This document shows, piece by piece, positions 35,782 through 45,446 of a stretch of DNA of 64,000 nucleotides. The translations under genes and the position numbers were made by a program. Below the pieces are notes generated by a model. The model ran no database searches and was not told the DNA's origin. It saw nothing but the letters and a program-made list of their open reading frames with translations. The stretch is from Acidobacteriota bacterium (GTDB taxonomy: Bacteria; Acidobacteriota; UBA6911; RPQK01; JAJDTT01). How positions within the stretch are numbered: the stretch's first letter is position 1; every line of letters starts with the position of its first letter. Location of the stretch: contig CBDCJH010000002.1 of the NCBI GenBank assembly GCA_965217775.1, positions 3,264,001-3,328,000 on the forward strand, in the 5' to 3' direction.

Positions 35782-38058
35782 CTACTGGGCAGCGCCGCCT
35801 GCACTTCCTGAAAGAGCGGCCGGGCCCCGGCCGGATCGACCCAGCCTGAAAGATTGACGGTTCAGCCGAACGTACTCTTCCTGGTCTTCCCTGACGTGGA
35901 TGAACTGATCCCCGGGAACGTTGTGAAAATGCTGGGTTCGCCCACTGGGCCAGTCGATTTGCATCCTCTCGACCCCTTTAGCCCGTCCCAACCCGATGTG
36001 CTGGCGCAGGGGATTGGCGCCGAAGCTTCCTCCGCTGTTCACCCAACGGTAACGGGTCCGCCTCTCCATGCCTTCTCGAAGCTCGAGCCGGAGACGGGCT
36101 CCCACCGCCGAGCGGTTAGATTCGACCCCCTCAAGCTGGATGCTGATCCAGTGATTCCCGAAACCGGGGTTCTCAAACAGCGCGTTGTGGAAGCGGTCCC
36201 CGGCGAGGAAGCCTCCCATCTGCTGGAAGATGTCCTGGTCTCCGTCGTTGTCCAGGTCTGCGAATGCGATCGCGTGTCCCTTCTGCAGGTGTCCGAATCC
36301 TCCCGCGTAGGTCACGTTTTCGAAGCGGTTCCCGCCGCGATTCCAGTACATGACGTTGGGCATGAGGCCTTCCAGGCCCGGATAACCGGTGCCGAGGTAG
36401 AAATCCAAATAGCCGTCGTTGTCCAGATCCCCAAAGTTGGCTCCCATGGGAAGGTTCACCCGTTTCAGTCCCATGGGGCCGGCCACGTCCACGAACCCTC
36501 CACTGCCATCCCCACGGTAGAGAGACGGAAGGTCGGCAGGCTGGGGCAACCCCAGGTGGCTGGCAGCAACGTACCAGACATCGGGAGGGCCGGAGCCGAG
36601 GGGCATCTGGTAGCTCTGGACCATGAGATCCAAATTCCCGTCATTGTCAATATCCCAGAACCAAGTCGGAAAGCTGCTCTTCGGCCCCTGCACTCCCGAT
36701 TGCACCGCAACATCGGTGAAGGTCCCGTCCTGATTGTTGCGGTAGAGCCGGTTCGGTCCCTGGAAGTTGGAAACGTACAGATCCGGAAAACGGTCGCCAT
36801 TGTAGTCTCCCCAGACCACCCCTTTGGACCAGAGGAGATTCTCGACTCCCGCCTCTTGGGCCAAGTCGATGAAGGTGCCGTTACCCTGATTGCGAAAGAG
36901 CTGCGAAGGACAGCGTTGACTCGCGGAGCTTTCGTTTCCGACGTAGAGATCCAGATCGCCGTCGTTGTCGTAGTCGGCCCAAGAGGCGGTCTGAGTCGGG
37001 TAGTGCACTTGGCCCAGTCCCGATTCGAACGTCACATCGGTGAACGTCATGTCGCCGTTGTTGCGCAGGAGAGAGTTGGGCTGGCGGCCGTACACGTCGA
37101 GCCAGGCTCCTCTGAGAACCAGTACATCCACGTCTCCGTCATTGTCGTAGTCGGCCTGAACCAGGTTGAGACCGCCATACAGGCCTTGAAGACCGGCCTC
37201 CTCCGTCAGCTCAGTGAAGGTGCCGTCACCGTTGTTTCTAAAAAGATGGAGGCTGCCCCGAACCTCGTAGGAAGAGGTCAGGATGTCCAGGAAACCATCG
37301 CCGTCGAAATCATCCACGACGGCGCCGCCGGCCAGATCGAACGAGTCCAGGTTCAGCCGGGGAGCCACATTCCGGAAGCGCGGAAAGGGCACCCTGGAGC
37401 TGAACACTTCCGGTGGTAGCAGCAGCTCTTCGGCGACCTCATGGGGATATTCTCCCAAGGTCATATAGGCGATGTTCAGGAGCCACTTGGAGGCGAGGTG
37501 AATCGGAGACGCGGCGTGGGTTCCTCGAACGATGCTTGCGAAGTAGCGGATGGCCTGGCGCGATCCTTCCTGGTGCCGGTGCAAGGCGTGTCTGGTGAAG
37601 GGCAGGATGCAGGCATCTCCGGTGTGCCGAGCGATGCAGTTCTGATTCTCACCCCGGCGGAGATGAGACACGCCCAGATCGAAGGCGATCGTGGCCAGAT
37701 AGGTGAGCCGGAGTGTCTGCGGAAGTTCGCGAGCCAGCTGGTAAGCCTGGGAGAAGAGCTTGATGGCCCGATCCGTGTTTCCCAGCAGCAACTCATCCTG
37801 GGCCAGAGCGACCCTGGAGAGGATGCGCTGTTCAGCCGTTGGGCCGGGGGCTTCCGACTCGACTCTGCGCCGGGCGCCTTCGAGATCCTGGACCCAGGGG
37901 TAGCCGGGCGGAGTCCTCTCCGCCACCCGGCGCAAGAGGTCCACCAGCCGCGAGTGGCCCGATTCTCCTTCAGTGCTTCGAAGGGAAAGGCTTCCCTGAG
38001 CCAGCGTCAACAGCATGGCAATGGGGATCAGTACCAACAGTGGCTGTCCGTCTCTCAT
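35782..38058 (-). CDS. CRTAC1/FG-GAP + ASPIC-UnbV protein with N-terminal helical region
   Basis: Repeated DxDNDGDxDL motifs, SNRSAVGARL, SGGSFG and IDWPSG. Confidence 0.9.
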   Translation of the reverse strand: MRDGQPLLVLIPIAMLLTLAQGSLSLRSTEGESGHSRLVDLLRRVAERTPPGYPWVQDLEGARRRVESEAPGPTAEQRILSRVALAQDELLLGNTDRAIKLFSQAYQLARELPQTLRLTYLATIAFDLGVSHLRRGENQNCIARHTGDACILPFTRHALHRHQEGSRQAIRYFASIVRGTHAASPIHLASKWLLNIAYMTLGEYPHEVAEELLLPPEVFSSRVPFPRFRNVAPRLNLDSFDLAGGAVVDDFDGDGFLDILTSSYEVRGSLHLFRNNGDGTFTELTEEAGLQGLYGGLNLVQADYDNDGDVDVLVLRGAWLDVYGRQPNSLLRNNGDMTFTDVTFESGLGQVHYPTQTASWADYDNDGDLDLYVGNESSASQRCPSQLFRNQGNGTFIDLAQEAGVENLLWSKGVVWGDYNGDRFPDLYVSNFQGPNRLYRNNQDGTFTDVAVQSGVQGPKSSFPTWFWDIDNDGNLDLMVQSYQMPLGSGPPDVWYVAASHLGLPQPADLPSLYRGDGSGGFVDVAGPMGLKRVNLPMGANFGDLDNDGYLDFYLGTGYPGLEGLMPNVMYWNRGGNRFENVTYAGGFGHLQKGHAIAFADLDNDGDQDIFQQMGGFLAGDRFHNALFENPGFGNHWISIQLEGVESNRSAVGARLRLELREGMERRTRYRWVNSGGSFGANPLRQHIGLGRAKGVERMQIDWPSGRTQHFHNVPGDQFIHVREDQEEYVRLNRQSFRLGRSGRGPAALSGSAGGAAQ

Positions 38059-38104
38059 GCGCTGGCTGTCAGAGGGTCGTCCCGGCCCCTACGGAGGGGA
38101 CCGG

Positions 38105-39142
38105 CTATGAGGAAACCAGCTCGGCCACGCCGATTCCGGAGTAGTGGTTCCCATCGTAGAACATATAGGTCCGATCCTGATGGTGCAGTACGAAGGGATA
38201 GCACGTCATCTGGCTGTCCCAGCCTGCCGCGCTTACGTCCAGGACCGGCTCGGGAGTCCATTTCCAGCGGATGCCGTCGGCGCTTTCAGCATAGTGGATT
38301 CGATAGACCTCGACATCGTCCCGGGCGACGCTCAACCACATCCGGTAGCCGTCTTTCACTTCCTCTACGTAGGGCTTCGAGCAGGTGGAGAAGGCGGATC
38401 CGATCTTCACCGGGATGCTGATCAAGGAACCGGCTGGGTGAGGACGAAAGGTATGTCCTCCGTCGGTCGACGTGGCCAATCCCAGCGACATCTGACTTTC
38501 CCCCTGGGGCCATCGGCTGCCCGCCGTGTACCACATCCAGTACTCGTGCCCTCGCTCCAACACAGCGCAGGAGCCTGAACCGTGCTCATCGTAGGAATAG
38601 GGCCTACCCAGGGGGATCAACGGCTTTCCCGTCCGCTTCCAGGTGAGACCACCGTCGTCGCTCTCCGCCAGCGAGGTGTACCAGACCTTCTGCCGCCGGG
38701 CCGCGTCGGCATAGGCCCCACCCCAGGTCGCATAGTACATGTGCCAGTGCCGTTCGGTGACCGGAACCACCCAGGGATAGCTGACCCAGTGGGAATCGAT
38801 GGATCCCGGCTCCCCCAATTCCATGACGGGGCGATCCAAGGTCTTCCTCCAGGTCAGGGGATCGGAGACATCCGCCTCGGCAAAGCCGATCCGGCGCAGA
38901 GACGGGTATTCGATGCTCATGTAGTACATCCGCAGTTTGTCTCCCGCCCGCACGATGTTGGGAGCCGAGGGATAACGATCCCAGGCCTTCCCTTCGATGC
39001 GGGGAAAGATGACCTTCAACTTCCTCCACTGTTGCGAAAACTGGCTAGACCGGGATCTCCTTCCCATGATTGGCGTCGGACTGGCAGCTGCACCCAGGGC
39101 AGCCACACCGCCCAGTCTATTGAAGAAACGACGGCGATTCAT
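38105..39142 (-). CDS. Tat-exported five-bladed beta-propeller glycosidase-like protein
   Basis: MNRRRFF Tat signal; AESDDGGLTWKR, YAESADGIRW, WDSQMTCYP and MFYDGNHY motifs. Confidence 0.75.
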   Translation of the reverse strand: MNRRRFFNRLGGVAALGAAASPTPIMGRRSRSSQFSQQWRKLKVIFPRIEGKAWDRYPSAPNIVRAGDKLRMYYMSIEYPSLRRIGFAEADVSDPLTWRKTLDRPVMELGEPGSIDSHWVSYPWVVPVTERHWHMYYATWGGAYADAARRQKVWYTSLAESDDGGLTWKRTGKPLIPLGRPYSYDEHGSGSCAVLERGHEYWMWYTAGSRWPQGESQMSLGLATSTDGGHTFRPHPAGSLISIPVKIGSAFSTCSKPYVEEVKDGYRMWLSVARDDVEVYRIHYAESADGIRWKWTPEPVLDVSAAGWDSQMTCYPFVLHHQDRTYMFYDGNHYSGIGVAELVSS

Positions 39143-39230
39143 AAGCGGTCCCTCCCCTCTGCAAGGCTCTTCCAAATGTAAAACAGCACCGTTGCGGCCA
39201 TCCGGACTAAAGCTGCCGGCGTTCGTCCTC

Positions 39231-40739
39231 CTATTGGAATCCGAAGGCAAAGAGATCGGCGTCCTTCACCACGAATCTGAGCCGGATCGGCCTTCCTGCC
39301 AAGCTTCCAACCTCCGTCTGTCCCCAGGAGACGATCCGCTCCAGGGAGTCACCGAAGATTTCCGGGCAATCCGCCAGCGCGAACCCGGGGATCGGCTCTG
39401 CCCCCTCATCCTGGATCTCGACGCGGATGCTCCCCGCAGCCGAGGTTGCGAAGTTCATCCTCAGACGGTTTCCGTCGAACGTGAACGGCCGAGTCACGAA
39501 TTCACCCCCCGAGAGGGGGGCATGGATGGAGACGAATCCGTCGATTCGGAGCGTGGCCCGACGCATACGGACACTCTTGCCGGTCCAGTAGTCCTCCAAG
39601 ATGTAGAACGAGAGTTCCTGAGGAGTTCCCGCCACTGCAGAGTCGGTCGCAACGATGCCCCACCCCTGGGTGGAATCGGCATAGGCCCAGCGGCTGAAAT
39701 CCTCCCGCTGCGGACCCGGCCGGACGAAGGCTTCCCCCCAGACCTTGAACCGTCGAGCGTCGCGGCTGGTCATGAAGCCGGTGTCCGTCTGTGCCTTCCC
39801 GTACCGGTCCCTCACCTGGGACAGACGTTGGTTCAGCGCAGTCATGCTTTCGCCGCGCTCGATGTAGCGCATGGGAAAGCCCAGGAGGATGTGGGGTGCA
39901 CGGTAATAGGGAAGGATCTGATTCGTGTACAGCTCAGTGTAGCGCTCGGGGTCGTATTCAAGAAAGGGAAACTCCTGCCAGTGGACGAAATCCGTCGAGG
40001 TCGCAGTCAGGATGTCGCGGCCCTGGGGGTAGTTCTGGAAATCACGGTAGTAGGCCCGGTATTCGGATCTTTTCGGATCCCAGAAGGCCAGGTTCTGGGA
40101 GTCGAAATAGCCCTTCCTGATGATGGGCTGCTCCTGTAACAATTTCCAATGGATGCCGTCGGAGGAAACGAAGGCAAAGAGCCCGCCCTCACGCCTAATG
40201 CCCCCTACGGCCTTGTAGCGCTCCGTCTCAGGGCACTGTGGATTGGCGTCCTTGAAGGGTGTGAAGTTGTGGGAGCCGACACCGTCCCAGACGATGTTGT
40301 TCCGTTTGGAGCCTTTGAAAGCCACCAAGTCCAGTTGGGGCTTCCTCCACTCGATCCCATCCCGGCTCTCCGCGTAACAGACCACCATCCTGTGGGGCTG
40401 CTCCAGCTTGTCCCCGACGATGTCGAACTGCCAGCCGCGATAGTACATGCGATAGAGTTCCCCATCCTGGAACACGGTGAAGACGCCGCAGGCGCTCCCC
40501 TCCCAGGGAGCGTCCAAGACGAGTACCACTTCCCTTTCCACAGGACGGTGCAGGAGCCGCTGCATCCCGGTGTCCAACTTCGGAACCAGATAGTCGTCGA
40601 CCATCAACTCCCAGCGGGAGCCGATGTGTACGGCCTCTGCATGCAGGGGAGCGAAACCGAGTCCCACTACGGCGCCGAGGGATGCCAGGAGCCGAACCAC
40701 TCCTGCAATCGACGTTGGCCTCGGGCGATGGTTGCTCAT
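39231..40739 (-). CDS. Secreted beta-propeller + beta-sandwich glycosidase-like protein (paralog 2)
   Basis: ELMVDD, PWEG, CYAESRDGIEWRKP, FDSQNLAFWD, ELYTN, LRIDGFVS and DADLFAFGFQ motifs. Confidence 0.8.
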   Translation of the reverse strand: MSNHRPRPTSIAGVVRLLASLGAVVGLGFAPLHAEAVHIGSRWELMVDDYLVPKLDTGMQRLLHRPVEREVVLVLDAPWEGSACGVFTVFQDGELYRMYYRGWQFDIVGDKLEQPHRMVVCYAESRDGIEWRKPQLDLVAFKGSKRNNIVWDGVGSHNFTPFKDANPQCPETERYKAVGGIRREGGLFAFVSSDGIHWKLLQEQPIIRKGYFDSQNLAFWDPKRSEYRAYYRDFQNYPQGRDILTATSTDFVHWQEFPFLEYDPERYTELYTNQILPYYRAPHILLGFPMRYIERGESMTALNQRLSQVRDRYGKAQTDTGFMTSRDARRFKVWGEAFVRPGPQREDFSRWAYADSTQGWGIVATDSAVAGTPQELSFYILEDYWTGKSVRMRRATLRIDGFVSIHAPLSGGEFVTRPFTFDGNRLRMNFATSAAGSIRVEIQDEGAEPIPGFALADCPEIFGDSLERIVSWGQTEVGSLAGRPIRLRFVVKDADLFAFGFQ

Positions 40740-41863
40740 TCCGTCTCCTCTCTGTCGGCCTTGACCAGGGTCAGGAATGCCGCGACTTGGAGGGCCGCGA
40801 AGCGATTTCCGGCAAGGTTCCAGTGCGGGTCGTACCGATGATAAAGGATTGAGGTCCGCCCTTCTTCTCGGGAGCGGGCGGTCAGGTCGAGACAGCCGAT
40901 TCCCTCGGACCGGGCTTGTTCCGCCAGCATCCGGTAGCCTTCCTCCTCGTTCCTCAGATAACCGGCGGACTCCGGAAAAAGTCTCTCGTATTCCGCCTTG
41001 TAGGTGGACTCCTTGGTGGGAAAGAGGAAAAGGCCCAATCGAACTCCGCTTTCCCTACAGATCTCGATGATCCGCCTCAGGCTTTCCCTGACCTGGGCTT
41101 GGGCCTGCGAATTGGAAAGGTAGTCACGGGACGCGCCCCGGTAGCGGTAGAGGGTCAGGCCGTTGGCGGCCCGCGCCTGGTCGGCGCGGAGGCGAAGGTT
41201 GTACTGATCCGACAGTGTCTCCATTCCGAACAGGTCCGCCAACCGGCGGAAGCCCCAATAGGTCAGTGTCTGCCTATAGGCGGGGTAGCTGGAGTACCGG
41301 TTCCATCCTGCCGCTTCGAAATAGCGGGCTCCGGTTCCGGGCTGGCCGGGCACCAGAGGCGAGCGGATGCGCAGATCGTTGGGGAAGACGCCCAGGGCGC
41401 AGACCCGTGGCCGGTACCGCGCCACGAACTCCTGGAATAGAACCTGATAGCGCTGGAAATCGTAGCTCCCCACACCCAGATTGATCACCGGCTCGCCCAA
41501 CTCGGATTCCAGAACTCCCACCAGACTCTCCTCCCTGGAGACCCAGGCTCCCCAGACGAAGGAATCCCCCACGAAGAAGACCCGGGAGGTCTCGTAGCTG
41601 CGGCTTCGGTTTCGGAAGCCGATCTCGTCCGTCGAGTAGCTGGCGGATACCCCCTCTCGAGGCCAGTCGAGGACGAAGTCCCGGAGGTTGGGCCGCGGCC
41701 GGTAGAAGAGAAGATCGTCGGGTCGATAGAATCGATGGAACAGCCGGTGGCCTGCTTGCCACTCCCCGGGCACGAGGATTCCCGACCAGCAGAGGCTGGC
41801 CTCAACCAGTCCAAACAAAGCCAGAACCGCGGCTGCGCTGGTTCTCCGCAGGCTGCGTCTCAC
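40736..41863 (-). CDS. SGNH/GDSL hydrolase family protein
   Basis: GFR, FVGDSFVWG, INLGVGSY, FPND and YDPHWNLAGN motifs; N-terminal TM helix. Confidence 0.85.
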   Translation of the reverse strand: MRRSLRRTSAAAVLALFGLVEASLCWSGILVPGEWQAGHRLFHRFYRPDDLLFYRPRPNLRDFVLDWPREGVSASYSTDEIGFRNRSRSYETSRVFFVGDSFVWGAWVSREESLVGVLESELGEPVINLGVGSYDFQRYQVLFQEFVARYRPRVCALGVFPNDLRIRSPLVPGQPGTGARYFEAAGWNRYSSYPAYRQTLTYWGFRRLADLFGMETLSDQYNLRLRADQARAANGLTLYRYRGASRDYLSNSQAQAQVRESLRRIIEICRESGVRLGLFLFPTKESTYKAEYERLFPESAGYLRNEEEGYRMLAEQARSEGIGCLDLTARSREEGRTSILYHRYDPHWNLAGNRFAALQVAAFLTLVKADREETE

Positions 41864-41873
41864 GGCCAACCCT

Positions 41874-43013
41874 TCATGGCCCGAGAAAGAAGCCACCCAG
41901 GATCCACCAGAGCTGCATGTAGTGCGCGGGTGAACCGTGTCCGTAGAGTTTGCCGCCCGCCAGGTGCTGATCTCCAAAGACCTTGGGATCCTGCCTGCGG
42001 TTTGCGGGGATATCCTCACAGCCGTAGCAGGCTCCATCCGGCCGGCGCATCCGGTCCATCCAGCCACTCAGGTACCGGTAGTGCTCGCCTCCCGTGTAGA
42101 CTTGTCTGCCGGCCGCCAAGTCGAAGAGGCGCATCAGGATGGCCATGGCGCCGTTGCCGCGGACATTGACATGGTCATCGGTGCTCTTGATGTGTCGCAT
42201 CGCCAGCCGATTGTGCGGATAGCGCCATCCCGGCTCCGCCAGCACGGCGTCGATCCCGGGACGGATCACCCCATCCAGATGCCGCGTCCCGGTCGCGGCC
42301 AGAAGCAGCATCGTCCGATACAGGGTGAAGAAGGGGAAATCCTTGGGCGCGGTTTCGACGAAGGTCTCCAGCACCCACTCCAGCAGCGGTTCCTTCTTCT
42401 CCGCATATTGGGGCAGCTCATGCTCCCAGGCCAGGATGGCAAGCAGGGCGGCTTCGGGTGTCAGGTGCACTAGTTTTTCGCGCTGCCGGTAGAATTCGGT
42501 CCGCGAAAAAATGGCCCGCATTCCCTTCTTGCCGGCCTTCAGGTAGCGCTCCTCCCCGGTGATCCTGTGGTGGAGCCCCAGACAATAGAGAACCAGGACA
42601 GTGTAACGGTCGTTGACCTGTCGGTTCTGCTCCTTCCAGTTGAAGGACATGGCCCGAAAGATGGGATAGGCGCACCACCAGTCCAGTGACCACATGTCTT
42701 CGACCCGGGCCTCCAACAGTTGGTCGAACATGTCGGAGGCCGTTTCCACGTATCGGGGTTCATCCAGCATCTTCCCCGCCAACGAAAGGGTGGCAGCCAT
42801 GCTGGCTTGATATCCGGAGGTCTCGGCGAAGAGAGCCTCGGGCGGATGATACCGACCCCCTTGGATTCGGGAGACCACGAACTCGCACACCTTGTGTGCG
42901 TCCGCTTTTCGGTTTGGATCGATTCTCTTGTCCATCCAGGAGCTTCCCAGTGCGCCGGGACCGTTCCCCGCCGCCAGTGCCAGAACCAGGCAGCAGGCCA
43001 GTCCGCGCGTCAT
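41874..43013 (-). CDS. Secreted hypothetical helical-barrel protein (paralog of 44186..45352)
   Basis: Signal peptide; shares RYHPPEAL, HLTPE, DFPFFTL, DHVxVR and QLWWILGGF with the paralog. Confidence 0.75.
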   Translation of the reverse strand: MTRGLACCLVLALAAGNGPGALGSSWMDKRIDPNRKADAHKVCEFVVSRIQGGRYHPPEALFAETSGYQASMAATLSLAGKMLDEPRYVETASDMFDQLLEARVEDMWSLDWWCAYPIFRAMSFNWKEQNRQVNDRYTVLVLYCLGLHHRITGEERYLKAGKKGMRAIFSRTEFYRQREKLVHLTPEAALLAILAWEHELPQYAEKKEPLLEWVLETFVETAPKDFPFFTLYRTMLLLAATGTRHLDGVIRPGIDAVLAEPGWRYPHNRLAMRHIKSTDDHVNVRGNGAMAILMRLFDLAAGRQVYTGGEHYRYLSGWMDRMRRPDGACYGCEDIPANRRQDPKVFGDQHLAGGKLYGHGSPAHYMQLWWILGGFFLGP

Positions 43014-43073
43014 CGGCCGTTCCCCGCGGGCGTTTGTTGAGTCATCGCTTTCGGTCCACGCAGATTCCACACT

Positions 43074-44189
43074 TCAAGTCTCCTCCAGTTCGGCCACTCC
43101 GATGCCGGCGTAGTTGTTCCCGTCGTAGAACATCAGAGTTCTTTCACCATGGTGCCAAATGCAGGGGTAGCAGGTCATGGCGTCATCCCAACCTGAGACG
43201 GAGACGTCCAGTACCGGGTCGGGCAACCACTTGAAGTAGATCCCGTCGGGACTCTCGGCATAGTGGATCCTGTACCCCCGCTTGTCCCTGGCGCAGCTGT
43301 ACCACATGCGATAAAGGCCGTCCCGGTGCTCCACGAACGGCTTGGAACTGGTCGAGTAGACCGAGCCGATCACCGGTGGGACGTTCACCAGGGCGCCCGC
43401 GGGATGGGGCTCGAAATTGTGTCCACCGTCGCGCGAGATGGCCAGGGCGACTGAGATCCGGGACCAGTCGGGACGGGGATGGGAGACGGCCGTGTAGTAC
43501 ATCCAATACTCGTCTCCCACCTTCAGAACGGCGCAGGAACCGCTGCCATGCTCGTCGCAGGCCCCGGGTCGGGCCAACTGGATCAAAAGCCGGTTGCTTC
43601 GTTTCCAGCTGCGCCCCCCGTCGTCACTCTCGGCCATGGTCGTGGTATAGCGCTTCTGGTTGGGGTCGCCGGGAAGGAACTGGCCATCCCAGGCGGCGTA
43701 GTACATGTGCCAGTGGGTCTCGGTGATGGGAACCACCCAAGGGTAGCTGACCCAATGGGAATCGATGGACCCCGCAGGGCCCAGGTCCAAGAGGGGCTGA
43801 TCGGAGACCTTGCGCCAGCTGAGCGGGTCTGACCGCGAGGCTTCGGCCAGTCCGATGCGGCGGAACTTCCTCTTGTCGTCGAAGTATTGCTCGCCGTGAT
43901 AGAACATCAGGAGCCGGTCTCCAGCCACCACCAGGTTGGGCGAGGAGGGTCTCTGGTCCCAGACTTGCTCCTTCACGATCGGAAAGATCACCTGTAGTCG
44001 CTTCCAGCTTTGGTTCTCCATCTTTCGGCTGCTTGCCTCGGGGGACCCGGGACCGGGCCCGGCTTGACCCGGCGGATTCGCCACACCCGCCAGCGACAGG
44101 CCGGCGGCGGCCAAGCCTCCCTGACGGAGGAAGTGTCTTCGCTTCGTGCTTGCTCTCATAACCTTGCTTCTCGACGGGACTTCATTCAT
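43074..44189 (-). CDS. Tat-exported beta-propeller protein (paralog of 38105..39142)
   Basis: KRRHFL Tat signal; shares GSIDSHWVSYPWVVP, DEHGSGSCAV and SKP with the paralog. Confidence 0.8.
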   Translation of the reverse strand: MNEVPSRSKVMRASTKRRHFLRQGGLAAAGLSLAGVANPPGQAGPGPGSPEASSRKMENQSWKRLQVIFPIVKEQVWDQRPSSPNLVVAGDRLLMFYHGEQYFDDKRKFRRIGLAEASRSDPLSWRKVSDQPLLDLGPAGSIDSHWVSYPWVVPITETHWHMYYAAWDGQFLPGDPNQKRYTTTMAESDDGGRSWKRSNRLLIQLARPGACDEHGSGSCAVLKVGDEYWMYYTAVSHPRPDWSRISVALAISRDGGHNFEPHPAGALVNVPPVIGSVYSTSSKPFVEHRDGLYRMWYSCARDKRGYRIHYAESPDGIYFKWLPDPVLDVSVSGWDDAMTCYPCIWHHGERTLMFYDGNNYAGIGVAELEET

Positions 44190-45352
44190 GGGATAAACCC
44201 CCCCAGAATCCACCAGAGCTGGATGTAGTGCGGCGGCGAGCCCAATCCGTAGCGCCTCGCACTGGCGATGTGCCGGCAGCCATAGACTCCACCGTCGGGC
44301 CGCCGCATCTCGTCCAGCCAGTTGCTGGAATAGCGATAGAGGGGGGTGCCGGTGTAGACGGTCTTGCCGGCCACCAGATCGAACAGTCGCATGGTGGCCG
44401 CCAAGGCTCCCGTGGCCCTGACGTCGACATGATCCTCGGTGGCCCGGTTGTGGCGGAAATCCCGCGAATCGTGTTCGAACCGCCAGGACGGATTCGCCAG
44501 GAGGGCGTCGATGGCGGGGCGGATGGCCGTCTCCAGATGCTCGCTGCCGGTGAGGGCCACCAACAGCATGGTTCGGATGAGGGTGAAAAAGGGAAAATCC
44601 CGGGGGGCCTTCTCCGGAAAGGTCTCCCACACCCAACGGACGAGCGGTTCCTTACGGCCTGCGAACTCGGGCATCGATTCTTCCCAGACAGCCGCGGCCA
44701 GAGCCGCCGACTCCGGAGTCAGATGGTGCATCGTCTCCTTGTCCCGGTCATAGTTCCAAGTGGCGAACATCTTGCGGAGAGTTTCCCGGGACGCCTCCAC
44801 CACCCGCGGGTCGCCGCTGATCTGGTGATAGATGCCCATCGAGTAGGTCACCAGGCCATTGGTGTAATGGGGGGCTGGCCGTGCGTTCTGCTCCTTCCAG
44901 TCCAGGGGTACGCCACGATAGACGGGAAAGGCGCACCAGCGCCCCACCGACCAGAGGACGCCGTCCACACGCTCGGTGAGCAACTGCTGGAACATGCTGC
45001 CGGCGACCTCGACATACCTGGGCTTCTCCAGCAGCTTTCCGGCCATCGCCAGCGTGGCCGCCAGCTCGGCCCGATAGGCCGCGGACTCCGCCCACAGAGC
45101 CTCCGGAGGATGGTAGCGTCCGTCCCGGGTGTGCTTGACGACGAAGTCGCAGATTCTGACGGCGGCCTCTCTGCGGCTCTCGTCCACCCGCTTCAGTTTC
45201 CAGGAGGGTTCCGCACTCAGCAAGCCGATCCAGCATCCGAATCCGGCCAGGAGGCTGGGAAGGAATGCCCGTCCGGAGAGCGGGAGGCTTGCCGGGAAGC
45301 GCCCGGCGCCGAACCTCAACCACAATGACATGACTGGTCCTCTTCTCGTCAT
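44186..45352 (-). CDS. Secreted hypothetical helical-barrel protein
   Basis: Paralog of 41874..43013; ATGA overlap with the downstream propeller gene. Confidence 0.75.
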   Translation of the reverse strand: MTRRGPVMSLWLRFGAGRFPASLPLSGRAFLPSLLAGFGCWIGLLSAEPSWKLKRVDESRREAAVRICDFVVKHTRDGRYHPPEALWAESAAYRAELAATLAMAGKLLEKPRYVEVAGSMFQQLLTERVDGVLWSVGRWCAFPVYRGVPLDWKEQNARPAPHYTNGLVTYSMGIYHQISGDPRVVEASRETLRKMFATWNYDRDKETMHHLTPESAALAAAVWEESMPEFAGRKEPLVRWVWETFPEKAPRDFPFFTLIRTMLLVALTGSEHLETAIRPAIDALLANPSWRFEHDSRDFRHNRATEDHVDVRATGALAATMRLFDLVAGKTVYTGTPLYRYSSNWLDEMRRPDGGVYGCRHIASARRYGLGSPPHYIQLWWILGGFIP

Positions 45353-45446
45353 GGTCGCGACGTTTCGGTGACGACTTGCCAGGGCTTCGGCCTCGACTTC
45401 TCAAGCAGGAAGCCGTTGACCACCTGGAAGCCGGATGGCTGTGCCG

